Assembly (NCBI GenBank): GCA_044347345.1
Contig: JBIKUX010000015.1
Span: 1 to 64,000, forward strand
Reading direction: 5' to 3'
DNA from: Bdellovibrionota bacterium
Lineage (GTDB): Bacteria; Bdellovibrionota_C; UBA2361; JBIKUX01
Length of the DNA: 64,000 bases
Shown: positions 9,866 to 19,880 of the stretch, in pieces
How positions within the stretch are numbered: position 1 is the first letter of the stretch
How the letters are laid out: each line of letters begins with the position of its first letter
The notes under the pieces: generated by a model
Databases searched by the model: none
Seen by the model: only the letters and a program-made list of their open reading frames with translations
What the model was told of the DNA's origin: nothing
Made by a program: the position numbers and the translations under genes

Positions 9866-11383
9866 GTGGCGATTATCCTCAGTGATATCTCTCGTACTTT
9901 CGATGAATTCTTGCTTCTTCCTGGTTTAACATCCAAGGAGCACACTCCTTCTCGCGTATCTCTAAAAGTTCCTCTTGCCAAGTTTCATAGTGGAGAGCAG
10001 TCAAGAGCGTCTCTTAATTTGCCGATTGTGTCGTCAGCTATGCAGTCGGTTTCAGGTTCAAGATTAGCTGTAGCTTTAGCAAGAAAAGGTGGCTCAAGCT
10101 TTATTTTTTGCTCTCAGTCGATTGAGTCGCAAGCAAATATGGTCAGATTAGTAAAAGAGCATAAGGCTGGTTTTGTTGAGTCTGATTCTAACTTGCCACC
10201 AACAGCAACTCTCGCCGATGCTGTTGAGCTTAGAAGCAAGACCGGTCACTCTACAATCGCAATTACTGAGAATGGAAAATTAAATTCAAAATTATTAGGG
10301 CTTCTTACTAGTAAAGATTTTTGGGAATTTAAGGATGATTTATCCAGTTCGGTCAGTAAATATTTCACTCCAGTAGAGAGATTGATACTGGCCAAAGAGG
10401 GAGCATCACTTCAAGAAGCAACAGAGCTTTTATGGCGCAATAAAAAAGAGTGCTTACCAATAATAGATATTGAAGGAAATCTCAAATATCTTGTATTTCG
10501 TCGCGACTATTTTGATCACAAATCTAATCCGCTTGAATTGACTGATTCGCGGAAGCGACTTTTTGTTGGAGCGGCTCTAAATACTCATGATTACATTGAG
10601 CGCGCTTCAGCTGTTTTTGATGCGGGGGCAGATTGTGTATGTCTTGATTCTTCCGATGGATTTTCAGAATGGCAAAAGGAGGCGGCAAAAGCCATAAGAT
10701 TAGAGTGTGGTCAGGATGTTGTTATTGGTGGGGGAAATGTCGTTACTAAGGAAGGATTTAGATATCTAGTTAAGGAAGCCTCAATTGATTTTGTGAAAGT
10801 TGGCATTGGCGGAGGCTCTATTTGTATCACTCGTGAACAGAAGGGTATTGGTCGAGGCCAAGCATCAGCAGTCCTTGAAGTGGCCGCTGCTCGTGATGAA
10901 TATTTTAGAGAGACCGGAATTTACGTTCCAATATGTTCAGACGGCGGGTTAAGGACTGACACTCACATAATCATGGCTCTTGCAATGGGCGCTGATTTTG
11001 TGATGATGGGCAAATATTTCGCTATGACTGAAGAAAGCCCAACGCAAAAAATTAACTATAGAGGTCGCTTATATAAGCCTTATTGGGGAGAGGGCTCAAA
11101 TAGAGCCAGAAATTGGCATCGGTACAAAGATGGTCGCATTGATGACAATGAAGGACACTTTGAAGAGGGAGTTGACGCATATGTTCCTTACAGTGGCTCG
11201 TTAGGTGATAAGGTTGACGTTTCGATGGCTAAGCTCCGTGAAACTATGTGTAACTGTGGCGCGCTTTCGGTAAAGGAATTTCATGACAAAGCGATATTAA
11301 CGAGGATTTCTGAGATGACTCTGATTGAAGGCGGAACATCCTCAGTTGAACAGCTTGATCGCATTCACAGTGAGCGTGATTAA
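9866..11383 (+). CDS. guaB: IMP dehydrogenase with CBS pair
   Basis: TFDEFLLLPG, catalytic loop KVGIGGGSICITR, CSDGG, YWGEGS and FEEGVD. RBS GGAGG precedes the GTG. Confidence 0.92.
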   Translation: MAIILSDISRTFDEFLLLPGLTSKEHTPSRVSLKVPLAKFHSGEQSRASLNLPIVSSAMQSVSGSRLAVALARKGGSSFIFCSQSIESQANMVRLVKEHKAGFVESDSNLPPTATLADAVELRSKTGHSTIAITENGKLNSKLLGLLTSKDFWEFKDDLSSSVSKYFTPVERLILAKEGASLQEATELLWRNKKECLPIIDIEGNLKYLVFRRDYFDHKSNPLELTDSRKRLFVGAALNTHDYIERASAVFDAGADCVCLDSSDGFSEWQKEAAKAIRLECGQDVVIGGGNVVTKEGFRYLVKEASIDFVKVGIGGGSICITREQKGIGRGQASAVLEVAAARDEYFRETGIYVPICSDGGLRTDTHIIMALAMGADFVMMGKYFAMTEESPTQKINYRGRLYKPYWGEGSNRARNWHRYKDGRIDDNEGHFEEGVDAYVPYSGSLGDKVDVSMAKLRETMCNCGALSVKEFHDKAILTRISEMTLIEGGTSSVEQLDRIHSERD

Positions 11384-11391
11384 CGATTAGT

Positions 11392-11883
11392 ATGGATATT
11401 CTAAATGGCTATAGTGAAAAGATGGTTCTTTTTGAGAATATTTCACGCCATGCAGGATGGAATAATCCACAATTTGGTGAGCGTGTAGCAAGACGCTTTG
11501 CTGACGTTGGTTATGAAGAATTTCTGGTTCTCCCTCAGGGGAAAATGGTGTCGATGCTGTCAGGTACGATTACTGCAATACCAACTGATGATGAGGCTAG
11601 TTTGTTTATAGTACCGTCAGTTGAGCGATTGGTATTTTGGTGTGAAGAGATGGGAGGTAAAGTAAGTTCCATAGAGCGGGTTGATTTAAGAGATTGGTGT
11701 GTCAGGCTTGTGAATAAAGCTGATTCTTTAATCGTGATTCAAGATAGAGATTTACTTTTTGCCCTAAGCTTAGCTTGTTTTAAAGCTTTTTGTTTGGGTG
11801 AATTGAAAACAAAAACTCAGTCTATTTCCGGTAACCCGCTCAGCAAGAAGAGTGGACGTGGGCTGAGATTAGTATCAACTTAG
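11392..11883 (+). CDS. Hypothetical protein
   Basis: 163-aa ORF packed between guaB and maf on the same strand; no family recognised. Confidence 0.7.
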   Translation: MDILNGYSEKMVLFENISRHAGWNNPQFGERVARRFADVGYEEFLVLPQGKMVSMLSGTITAIPTDDEASLFIVPSVERLVFWCEEMGGKVSSIERVDLRDWCVRLVNKADSLIVIQDRDLLFALSLACFKAFCLGELKTKTQSISGNPLSKKSGRGLRLVST

Positions 11884-11903
11884 TTTCATATGAAAGGACG
11901 ATA

Positions 11904-12527
11904 ATGTGGAAGTTGACGGCACCTTTGATACTTGCTTCTGCTTCGCCACGACGTCGTGAGCTTTTAGCTTCTGTGGGAATTTTCCCAGATATTTATCCAG
12001 CTGATGTTGATGAATCCCCTCAAGATAATGAAGATCCGATAAATCTTGTTAAAAGAGTAACTTTATTAAAAGCTACCACAATATCGGCGCGGTACAAGAA
12101 GTCATGGGTTCTCGCGGCAGATACTGTAGTAGTAATTGATGATGAGGTTTTGGGGAAGCCACAAGACGAGAAAGATGCAGAGAGAATGTTAATGAAAATC
12201 TCCGGTCGGATGCATACTGTTATTACAGGCTACGCGCTTATTGGTCCCTCTGATTTGCAAGTTACTTTTAATAACTTAAGCAACTCTTACCGTCCCCAAG
12301 TGGCCACTGAAGAAGCTAAGGTTACTTTTTCTGAACTCTCTCCGCATATTATAAGTGCTTACATAGCTACAGGTGAGCCCCTCGATAAAGCTGGAGCTTA
12401 CGCTCTTCAGGGTATAGGTAGTGCTTTTGTGGAATCCATTATTGGTGCACCCTCAACTGTAATCGGGTTGCCATTGTCGTCTATCATTGGGCTGCTAGAG
12501 CGTGCAGGCGTTCTGGCAGTAAATTAG
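11904..12527 (+). CDS. maf: Maf/YhdE nucleotide pyrophosphatase
   Basis: ILASASPRR, AADTVV, LGKP, DKAGAY and VIGLP. Confidence 0.93.
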   Translation: MWKLTAPLILASASPRRRELLASVGIFPDIYPADVDESPQDNEDPINLVKRVTLLKATTISARYKKSWVLAADTVVVIDDEVLGKPQDEKDAERMLMKISGRMHTVITGYALIGPSDLQVTFNNLSNSYRPQVATEEAKVTFSELSPHIISAYIATGEPLDKAGAYALQGIGSAFVESIIGAPSTVIGLPLSSIIGLLERAGVLAVN

Positions 12528-12529
12528 TA

Positions 12530-13249
12530 ATGACGAACAGAGCAGCTACTGTTCTTTCTCAAATTGCTTTAGCTTGTGAACGTGTGGGTCGTTTGCCTTC
12601 TTCGGTTTCTGTAGTTATAGCGATCAAAGGCAGATCTATTCCGGACATAGTCTCAGTTGTTGAACAATTTGCAGTTAGTGGCATATATGCGGAAAAATTA
12701 CCGTCACTTGGTGAAAATTATCTAAAAGAATATTTGCATCGCCAGTGCTCTGAAAGTGGCGCATGGGCATCTTTACAACAATGCCCGTTTCATTTTATTG
12801 GACCTCTTCAGTCGAATAAGCTACGCGGCATTGTACAAAATTTTAGTGTAGTAGAGTCAGTAGCCTCTGAAAAGCATCTTCGTTTAATTAGTGTAGAGGC
12901 AGCTCGTATTAAGAAGGTAATAGGTGTTTATCTTCAAGTTAATATTTCCGCTGATGAGGCCAAGCAGGGATTTACCTCTGAAGAGGTAGTTAAGGTGGTT
13001 CCTATGTTCAAAGAGATGCCGTTTTTATGTCTTCAAGGCCTCATGACTATTACGCGGCACTATCCGACACCAGAGGAAGTACGCCCTGATTATCGGGCAC
13101 TAAATAGTTTACGGAATAAGATGGTAGAGTTAGGGTTAATTGCTCCTAATTCGATATACCTTAGTATGGGAATGTCTCAGGATTTTACTATTGCGATTGA
13201 AGAGGGTGCTGATGTGGTGCGTCTAGGAACGGCACTTTTTGAAGATTGA
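12530..13249 (+). CDS. yggS: PLP homeostasis protein YggS
   Basis: GENY, HFIGPLQSNK, LQVNIS, GLMT, LSMGMSQD and VRLGTALF. Confidence 0.92.
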   Translation: MTNRAATVLSQIALACERVGRLPSSVSVVIAIKGRSIPDIVSVVEQFAVSGIYAEKLPSLGENYLKEYLHRQCSESGAWASLQQCPFHFIGPLQSNKLRGIVQNFSVVESVASEKHLRLISVEAARIKKVIGVYLQVNISADEAKQGFTSEEVVKVVPMFKEMPFLCLQGLMTITRHYPTPEEVRPDYRALNSLRNKMVELGLIAPNSIYLSMGMSQDFTIAIEEGADVVRLGTALFED

Positions 13250-13308
13250 AGTTTTATGTTGAGATAAAAAATAATATGAGAATAATACAGTAAATTTAGA
13301 GTACATCT

Positions 13309-13629
13309 ATGATTATACTTGCAAACGTAATGAGCGCCATTGCTGTACTACTTAGTGGAATGTTACTATTATTGAAAATATCGGTGTTAGCGTCAGTGGT
13401 TATTTCTTGGCTAAACGCCGATCCGTATAATCCCATAGTTCGTGCGATTAGAGAGTTTACTGAACCTATTTATCGTCTTGTTCGGTCTCGAGTACCCTTA
13501 GTTTTTGGATCTATTGATTTAACCCCTGTTCTATTACTATTTGCTTTACAATTTATAGATATGGTTTTGGTTAAATCTTTATCTGATTATGCATCGCAAT
13601 TAATATTACAATCCTTGGGAAGGCCATAA
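13309..13629 (+). CDS. yggT: YggT family membrane protein
   Basis: SWLNADPYNPIVR...TEP and IDLTP; follows yggS. Confidence 0.9.
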   Translation: MIILANVMSAIAVLLSGMLLLLKISVLASVVISWLNADPYNPIVRAIREFTEPIYRLVRSRVPLVFGSIDLTPVLLLFALQFIDMVLVKSLSDYASQLILQSLGRP

Positions 13630-13703
13630 AAGTAAGTTTGCCTTCTTGAAAGCCATTGGATGGATGGCTAACAATTAATAGTTTTTTAAAGGATAAAGAG
13701 TAT

Positions 13704-14060
13704 ATGCCTATTTACGAATACGAATGCGAAATTCATGGTAGGTTTGAACATATTCAGCGTGTTGGAGAAGCTGATATCGTTTACTGCCCGATCTGTGCAA
13801 GAAATTCATTAAGCACTCCCGTGGTAAAATGTATTTCAGCGGCTGCATTTCATCTGAAAGGTGGGGGATGGTACAAGACTGATTATGCATCTTCTTCAAG
13901 TAGTAAACCGGTAAAGAGTGAGTCTAATCTTGAAGCTAGCAAAGCGGGAGATACCAAGGCTACAGACTCAAGTGGCCCTGCAGCCAGTAATGGTAGTGGT
14001 AATAGTGGTGAAGGCACATCCTCTAAGGGGGGATGCGGTACAGCTTGCGCCTGTCATTAA
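13704..14060 (+). CDS. FmdB-family zinc-ribbon regulatory protein
   Basis: MPIYEYEC..H...CPIC and F.LKGGGWYKTDY, then an S/G-rich tail ending GGCGTACACH. ATG 13704 chosen as start. Confidence 0.85.
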   Translation: MPIYEYECEIHGRFEHIQRVGEADIVYCPICARNSLSTPVVKCISAAAFHLKGGGWYKTDYASSSSSKPVKSESNLEASKAGDTKATDSSGPAASNGSGNSGEGTSSKGGCGTACACH

Positions 14061-14121
14061 TCGTTTTGGCACTTACAAATTTCGTAGTTTTAGTTAACTT
14101 CTGGTGACTTTTTATTATCGG

Positions 14122-14187
14122 TTACTTTTTACTATTGAGAAAGTGTCAGTGTTAGAAAGTGTCAGTGTTAGAAAGTAAAAGTGGTAA
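14122..14187. terminator. Probable bidirectional terminator hairpin with a 16-bp tandem repeat in its loop
   Basis: TTACTTTTTACT pairs imperfectly with AGTAAAAGTGGTAA between convergent genes. AGAAAGTGTCAGTGTT is repeated at 14138 and 14154, with a partial copy at 14170. Confidence 0.5.
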
Positions 14188-14192
14188 AGCTT

Positions 14193-14864
14193 TTAGTGGG
14201 TGAGCTTAACGCGCTTTAAGATAGTTAATAATTCTGGCTTAGTCCTTAGCGGACGATGGATGAGATCTTCAACCTCATTTATAAGGCTTAGTAGTCCATT
14301 TAAAGAGCGTGGCGGCATAGACTCCCTATTTAGAAAGCCTAAAACTGTAAGTAAATTTACAATAAAAAAGTAAGTGTTTTTAGAGCGCTCTAACGAGTTA
14401 CTTTGAGAGGATAATTTGGGAGCAGATAGTTTCGTCAGTGCAGTAATTAAAAGTGAGAAAGGCGTTTCAGTTTGAGAAGATTCGGTGACTACGTAGCTTG
14501 ATTGCGGTAAGGTTTCGGTTTCAACCACTAATGCCTCTGTAATTTCTAGCAGTGTGGCACCAAAAATAAAAGCTTCAAGGTCTGTACGTAAAGTTGGAAG
14601 CAGATTGGGAAGCGGAGAAGTAAGAAGGAATGATTCAAGTGACCAAATGATTGAGCGACTTCGACCTCGCGAATTTGACAGTTTCAGGGTGGCTTTACCG
14701 ATATCAAAAGGTTCTAAACCGCCACTGAAGCGTTTGCTACTTTTGCGTGAGTTATGAGCAACAGCGTTGATTTTAGTACCCTCATCGGTAAGTAAAGTTA
14801 CAATTCGATGTGCATCACCAAAAGAAGTAGAGCGAAGAATGAGAGTTATAATTTCATTATTCAT
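14193..14864 (-). CDS. recO: DNA repair protein RecO (divergent)
   Basis: ILRSTSFGDAHRIVTLLT..G.KI.AVA...RKS.KRF.GGLEPF matches the RecO N-terminal OB fold. Confidence 0.8.
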   Translation of the reverse strand: MNNEIITLILRSTSFGDAHRIVTLLTDEGTKINAVAHNSRKSSKRFSGGLEPFDIGKATLKLSNSRGRSRSIIWSLESFLLTSPLPNLLPTLRTDLEAFIFGATLLEITEALVVETETLPQSSYVVTESSQTETPFSLLITALTKLSAPKLSSQSNSLERSKNTYFFIVNLLTVLGFLNRESMPPRSLNGLLSLINEVEDLIHRPLRTKPELLTILKRVKLTH

Positions 14865-14885
14865 GAGGTGATACGGTAAAGTTAA

Positions 14886-15521
14886 ATGAAGTTAATGTGG
14901 AGAAAACGTGTGACAAAAAGTGAAGAAAATGGTGAAAAATTAAAGGCATGTTTACAAGACGCTCCGCCAATGTTTGACACTTCCTGTGATAGTACCAAAA
15001 ACGGCGAAGTTTTGGCGAAACAGGAACAACAATCTCCTAAGTCAGATAGCGATGATGAGGATGACGATAATAAGGCTCTCAGAGCTGAGCTTGCAGACGC
15101 TAAGGATAAGCACCTGAGGACATTAGCTGAGTTTGAAAATTATAAAAAGCGCGTATTTAAGGAGCGAGCTGAGATCATTAAATATCAAGGTGAAAGGATA
15201 TTTGTAGATTTGCTTGATATTGTTGATAATTTCGACAGAGCTATAGCGCATCTGGACGCTGATTCTGACCAGCTTAAGGCAGGTATACAACTTATCCACA
15301 AGGCTTTCCAAGAATTTCTTAAAAAATGGGAAGTTAGGGGAGAGTCAGCGATTGGGCAACCATTTGATCCGTACCGTCATAATGCTCTCAGTCGAGTTCC
15401 AACAGATACGGTACCGTCAGGAGTCGTTATCGATGAGCTAAAGAAATGTTTTCATTACAAAGATAAGGTTATTAGGCCAGGCGAAGTAGTGGTGGCCGCG
15501 TCTCCTAGTGATCAGCAGTAA
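14886..15521 (+). CDS. grpE: Nucleotide exchange factor GrpE
   Basis: LRTLAEFENYKKR, LLDIVDNFDRA, FDPYRHNA and VIRPGEVVV; upstream of dnaK. Exact start uncertain. Confidence 0.93.
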   Translation: MKLMWRKRVTKSEENGEKLKACLQDAPPMFDTSCDSTKNGEVLAKQEQQSPKSDSDDEDDDNKALRAELADAKDKHLRTLAEFENYKKRVFKERAEIIKYQGERIFVDLLDIVDNFDRAIAHLDADSDQLKAGIQLIHKAFQEFLKKWEVRGESAIGQPFDPYRHNALSRVPTDTVPSGVVIDELKKCFHYKDKVIRPGEVVVAASPSDQQ

Positions 15522-15703
15522 CGCACTAACTTAGTAGCATTAAATTTCAGCAAAATAGGAAAATGACGGTACTAAATGCACTTTTTAGATCTTGATATAG
15601 TCAAAAGGTGTGGTTATTTCCTTTCAAGCGCAGAAAAAACGCTCTTTAATTCGAGCGTCATCTCATCAAGAAAAGCTTTTAGAAAGCACGGGACAATTTA
15701 ATT

Positions 15704-17614
15704 ATGGGAAAAACAATAGGAATCGATCTTGGAACCACTAATTCTTGTGTAGCCGTTATGGAAGGCGGGTCAGCAGTGGTTATTGCAAACAGCGAAGGTG
15801 CTCGTACCACTCCTTCTGTAGTGGCTGTTAATGATGCAGGAGACCGACTTGTTGGGCAGGTAGCCAAGAGGCAGGGTGTTACCAATCCTAAAAATACTAT
15901 TTTCGCGGTCAAGAGGCTCATCGGTCGTAAGGGTGGTTCGCCTGAGGTAGAGAGGGCTAAGAAAGTTCTTCCTTATGAAATTGCCACCGCCCCCAACGGT
16001 GATGCATGGGTAAAGGTTCGTGGTGAGAGCAAGAGCCCTCAAGAAATTTCAGCGATGATACTCGGCAAAATGAAGCAGACTGCTGAGGATTATCTTGGAG
16101 AAAAAGTTACTGATGCTGTCATTACAGTTCCAGCTTATTTTGATGATGCTCAAAGGCAAGCAACTAAAGACGCTGGTAAGATAGCCGGCTTAAATGTCCA
16201 ACGTATAATTAATGAGCCGACCGCTGCCGCTCTAGCTTATGGTTTAGATAAAAAACAAGACAAAATTATAGCAGTATTTGATCTAGGCGGAGGAACATTC
16301 GATATTTCGATACTTGAGCTTGGTGACGGAGTATTTGAAGTTAAAGCCACTAACGGCGATACATTCTTGGGTGGAGAAGATTTTGATCTTGCAATAGTAA
16401 ATTATTTAGCAGATGAATTTAAAAAAGACCAAGGAATTGATTTACGAAATGATATTCATGCTCTACAGCGATTAAAAGATGCCGCTGAGAAAGCCAAGCA
16501 TGAGTTATCAAGCACGATGGAAACAGATGTGAATCTGCCATTTATTTCGTCTGACCCATCAGGTCCTAAGCATTTGAATATGAAAATTTCACGAGCAAAA
16601 TTTGAAGCTATTTGCTCGGATCTTTTACAAAGACTTGCCGACCCATGTCGTACAGCACTTCGGGATGCTGGTTTGTCAGCATCTCAAGTAAACGATGTAA
16701 TTTTGGTGGGTGGGATGACTCGTATGCCTGCCGTACAACAAAGGGTCAAGGAAATCTTTGGTAGAGAACCTTCAAAGAATGTTAATCCTGACGAAGCCGT
16801 GGCGGTAGGTGCCGCTGTTCAAGCTGGAGTTTTGCAAGGAGATGTTAAAGATGTCCTCCTTCTCGATGTAACTCCACTAAGTTTAGGTATTGAGACTTAC
16901 GGTGGAGTACTTACAAAGTTAATTGAAAAAAATACAACTATCCCTACTAAGAAATCGCAGACTTTTTCAACAGCCTCCGATAATCAGCCAGCTGTATCGA
17001 TTCATGTTTTACAAGGTGAACGAGAGATGGCAGTAGACAATAAAACTCTAGGCCGTTTTGAGCTGGTTGGTATTCCACCCGCACCAAGAGGTATTCCGCA
17101 GATTGAAGTAACATTTGACATCGACGCTAACGGTATCGTTCATGTATCGGCTAAGGATCTTGGAACAGGTAAAGAGCAATCGATTAAGATTACCGCTAGC
17201 TCAGGTCTGAACAAGGAAGAAATTGATCGCATGGTGAAAGATGCTGAGCTTCATGCTGATGAAGACAAAAAGCGCCGAGAGTTGATCGAGCTTCGTAACA
17301 GGCTAGATACCTTGCTCTACTCAACTGAAAGGACGCTCAAGGAGTCTGGTGAGTCTCTCTCAGCAGTTGACCGCGGTTCTCTTGATACAGCAATAGAAAA
17401 TGCTAAAAAAGTACTCGAAGGTCAAAGTGATGACATAGATGCACTGAATAAGGCTATAGAAGAGCTCACCAGTGCTAGTCACAAGTTATCTGAAGAGATG
17501 TATCGCAAAGTGGCTGAACAGGCTCAACAGTCAGGTGACATCAAAGGTGGTGCTTCAAAGCATGACGATGATGATGGGGTTGTTGATGCTGATTTCGAAG
17601 AAGTTAGAGAATAG
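15704..17614 (+). CDS. dnaK: Chaperone DnaK (Hsp70)
   Basis: [37 protein letters not shown] and C-terminal DADFEEV. Confidence 0.99.
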   Translation: MGKTIGIDLGTTNSCVAVMEGGSAVVIANSEGARTTPSVVAVNDAGDRLVGQVAKRQGVTNPKNTIFAVKRLIGRKGGSPEVERAKKVLPYEIATAPNGDAWVKVRGESKSPQEISAMILGKMKQTAEDYLGEKVTDAVITVPAYFDDAQRQATKDAGKIAGLNVQRIINEPTAAALAYGLDKKQDKIIAVFDLGGGTFDISILELGDGVFEVKATNGDTFLGGEDFDLAIVNYLADEFKKDQGIDLRNDIHALQRLKDAAEKAKHELSSTMETDVNLPFISSDPSGPKHLNMKISRAKFEAICSDLLQRLADPCRTALRDAGLSASQVNDVILVGGMTRMPAVQQRVKEIFGREPSKNVNPDEAVAVGAAVQAGVLQGDVKDVLLLDVTPLSLGIETYGGVLTKLIEKNTTIPTKKSQTFSTASDNQPAVSIHVLQGEREMAVDNKTLGRFELVGIPPAPRGIPQIEVTFDIDANGIVHVSAKDLGTGKEQSIKITASSGLNKEEIDRMVKDAELHADEDKKRRELIELRNRLDTLLYSTERTLKESGESLSAVDRGSLDTAIENAKKVLEGQSDDIDALNKAIEELTSASHKLSEEMYRKVAEQAQQSGDIKGGASKHDDDDGVVDADFEEVRE

Positions 17615-17660
17615 TAGCCACCAAAGTAAATATCATGTAAGTAGATTAGGAGTAAGTTAG

Positions 17661-18848
17661 GTGGCAAAGTCTGATTATTATGAGCTTTTAGGAGTGGCTC
17701 GCAGTGCCTCTGCGGAAGAAATTAAAAAAGCTTATCGTAAGCTTGCCATTAAATACCATCCTGATAAAAACCCCGGAAATAAGGAGGCTGAAGATAAGTT
17801 TAAACTCTTATCTGAAGCCTATTCAGTGTTAAGTGATGCTGATACGCGGGCTAAATATGACCAATTTGGCCATGCTGCCTTTGAAAATGGTGGTGCTGGT
17901 GGTTTTTCAGGAGTAGACCCTTCCCAATTTGAGGATATTTTTGGTGACATATTCAGCTCTTTTTTTGGGGGTACGTCCAGCAGTAAGCGTTCATCCGGGC
18001 GAAGTGGGCGGGATTTAAAGTACAATCTTGCTATAACCTTTGAGGAAGCTGCGTTTGGTTGTGAGAAAGAAGTTGAGATATCACGTAGACGCGGATGCGC
18101 TACATGTAACGGTTCAGGTGCAAAGCCGGGAACTGCACCAGAGCGATGTGGCCAGTGCGGTGGTACTGGTCAAGTAAGAATGCAACAAGGGTTTTTTACG
18201 CTCAGTAGGACTTGTTCCGCTTGTAATGGCTCTGGTCAGGTTATAAAAACTCCTTGCCATTCGTGTAGTGGATCGGGATTAACTTTACAGACCACCAAAG
18301 TGCAAGTGCGAATCCCTCCTGGTATAGACGATGGTCAGCGCCTTAAATTACGCGCTGAAGGCGAAGGAGGTGTCGCAGGAGGTCAGCCAGGAGACCTTTA
18401 TATTCAGGTTAGCGTACAAGAGCATCCAGTTTTTCATCGCGAAGAAAGTGAAATTTTGTGTGACGTCCCAATTTCATTTACCACCGCTGTATTAGGAGGT
18501 GAAATTGAGGTTCCGACTCTCGAGGGAAAAGTAAAAATAAAAATTCCAGCTGGAACTCCTTCGGGTAAGGTATTTAGGCTAAGAAATAGAGGTATTCAGG
18601 TTTTAGGTACAAATCGTCGTGGTGACCAGCATACTAGAGTTTATGTGCATGTTCCCGACCGTGTTACTGAAGAGCAGCGCCATTTACTTGAACAATTAGC
18701 CGATCTTCAAGGGTCTAGCTCTTCATATCAAGGCGAAGGTAGCGGTGCTCATCAAGGTGGTGCTCATGAAGGCGGCGCTTATGAAGGCGGTGCTTCTCAG
18801 GAAGAGGGTAAAGGCTTTTTTGATAAAGTGCGAGAGATTTTTACCTAA
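17661..18848 (+). CDS. dnaJ: Chaperone DnaJ
   Basis: J domain with HPD, G/F region, four CxxCxGxG motifs; ends FFDKVRE. Confidence 0.98.
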   Translation: MAKSDYYELLGVARSASAEEIKKAYRKLAIKYHPDKNPGNKEAEDKFKLLSEAYSVLSDADTRAKYDQFGHAAFENGGAGGFSGVDPSQFEDIFGDIFSSFFGGTSSSKRSSGRSGRDLKYNLAITFEEAAFGCEKEVEISRRRGCATCNGSGAKPGTAPERCGQCGGTGQVRMQQGFFTLSRTCSACNGSGQVIKTPCHSCSGSGLTLQTTKVQVRIPPGIDDGQRLKLRAEGEGGVAGGQPGDLYIQVSVQEHPVFHREESEILCDVPISFTTAVLGGEIEVPTLEGKVKIKIPAGTPSGKVFRLRNRGIQVLGTNRRGDQHTRVYVHVPDRVTEEQRHLLEQLADLQGSSSSYQGEGSGAHQGGAHEGGAYEGGASQEEGKGFFDKVREIFT

Positions 18849-19768
18849 GTTCGTTTTTTAGCTTCTGTTTCAAGGTTAGCAACTCTTTGAGTTAAGGTGC
18901 CACAAACAAGCGACATAAAGTACCAGCAAATGCTACTAACTAGTACTTTACCAATAGTCTGATTTAGCCCAATTTGATGCCAGACTAGGTAGCATAACAG
19001 TGCTCCAATGCTAATCTGTAATAGTAGTCTTATGCGAACATGTTTAACAGCTTGTTTAGCAATAGCTACGGCTGAATTTGGTTCATACATTCCGATGATA
19101 GAGACTAAAGGCATCAAGAGATAGGCTAGATAAATGTTAGCTACTATAATTGTAGCAATACCAAGAGTGCTTCTATAAATTAGGATAAGTGACTCATGAC
19201 TCTTTGTTGTTCCGATGGCATCATAGGCTATTGATAGTGCAATTATTACCAAACCTGCGTATAGAGTCCGTATAGCTGCAACAATTGTGGCTTTAAATCC
19301 GAAGAGTATCGCCGTTGGTAAGTTTTTCAGAAAAACTAGCGCTGGAATCCGAGGTCGGTAGAGGAAAGACAGACGAGCAGGAAGAGCTGTAGCTGCCAGT
19401 AAGAAGGGAAAACCAATAATACTGGAAAGCGCCGCGATAATCGGTCCGATTTCATATCTTATGCGGTAAGGTAGAAATTGATGTTTGGCAAATTCTTCTA
19501 GTCCGTATAGAGTACCAAAGATAGCCGCTAAACTTACAGTGGTACCTAACGTCCATAAAAAAATAACTAGCATCATTAGTGGAGGGCGAAGGTACTTCAT
19601 TAAACGAATCGGAAAGGCAATCTCTCGCAGAATAAACAAGGTTAATCGCTGCAATAAAACGGTGTAATTAGATTGAGCGCTATTAGTTCTTTGTTCGGAC
19701 GAGGGTGTCATTGGATAAAGATGTCGGTATCTTTGAAGTTGTTTCTGTGAATAAGGAGTTAGTTTCAA
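18845..19768 (-). CDS. Hypothetical integral membrane protein
   Basis: 307 aa with about six hydrophobic segments; no family recognised. Confidence 0.65.
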   Translation of the reverse strand: MKLTPYSQKQLQRYRHLYPMTPSSEQRTNSAQSNYTVLLQRLTLFILREIAFPIRLMKYLRPPLMMLVIFLWTLGTTVSLAAIFGTLYGLEEFAKHQFLPYRIRYEIGPIIAALSSIIGFPFLLAATALPARLSFLYRPRIPALVFLKNLPTAILFGFKATIVAAIRTLYAGLVIIALSIAYDAIGTTKSHESLILIYRSTLGIATIIVANIYLAYLLMPLVSIIGMYEPNSAVAIAKQAVKHVRIRLLLQISIGALLCYLVWHQIGLNQTIGKVLVSSICWYFMSLVCGTLTQRVANLETEAKKRT

Positions 19769-19880
19769 TCATTTCGGCAGTATGTCATTTAAATCTCATG
19801 CGGTTAATATGCTTAAAAGTTAGTCGACAGTTTATAATTTCAAAAGTATATAATCGTCGGTAAATTTGCTCACCTAGGAG

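Noticed and set aside
15522..15703. CIRCE element or sigma32 promoter before dnaK
   Set aside because: No TTAGCACTC-N9-GAGTGCTAA and no hrcA in the window. A CTTGA is present but has no convincing matching -10.
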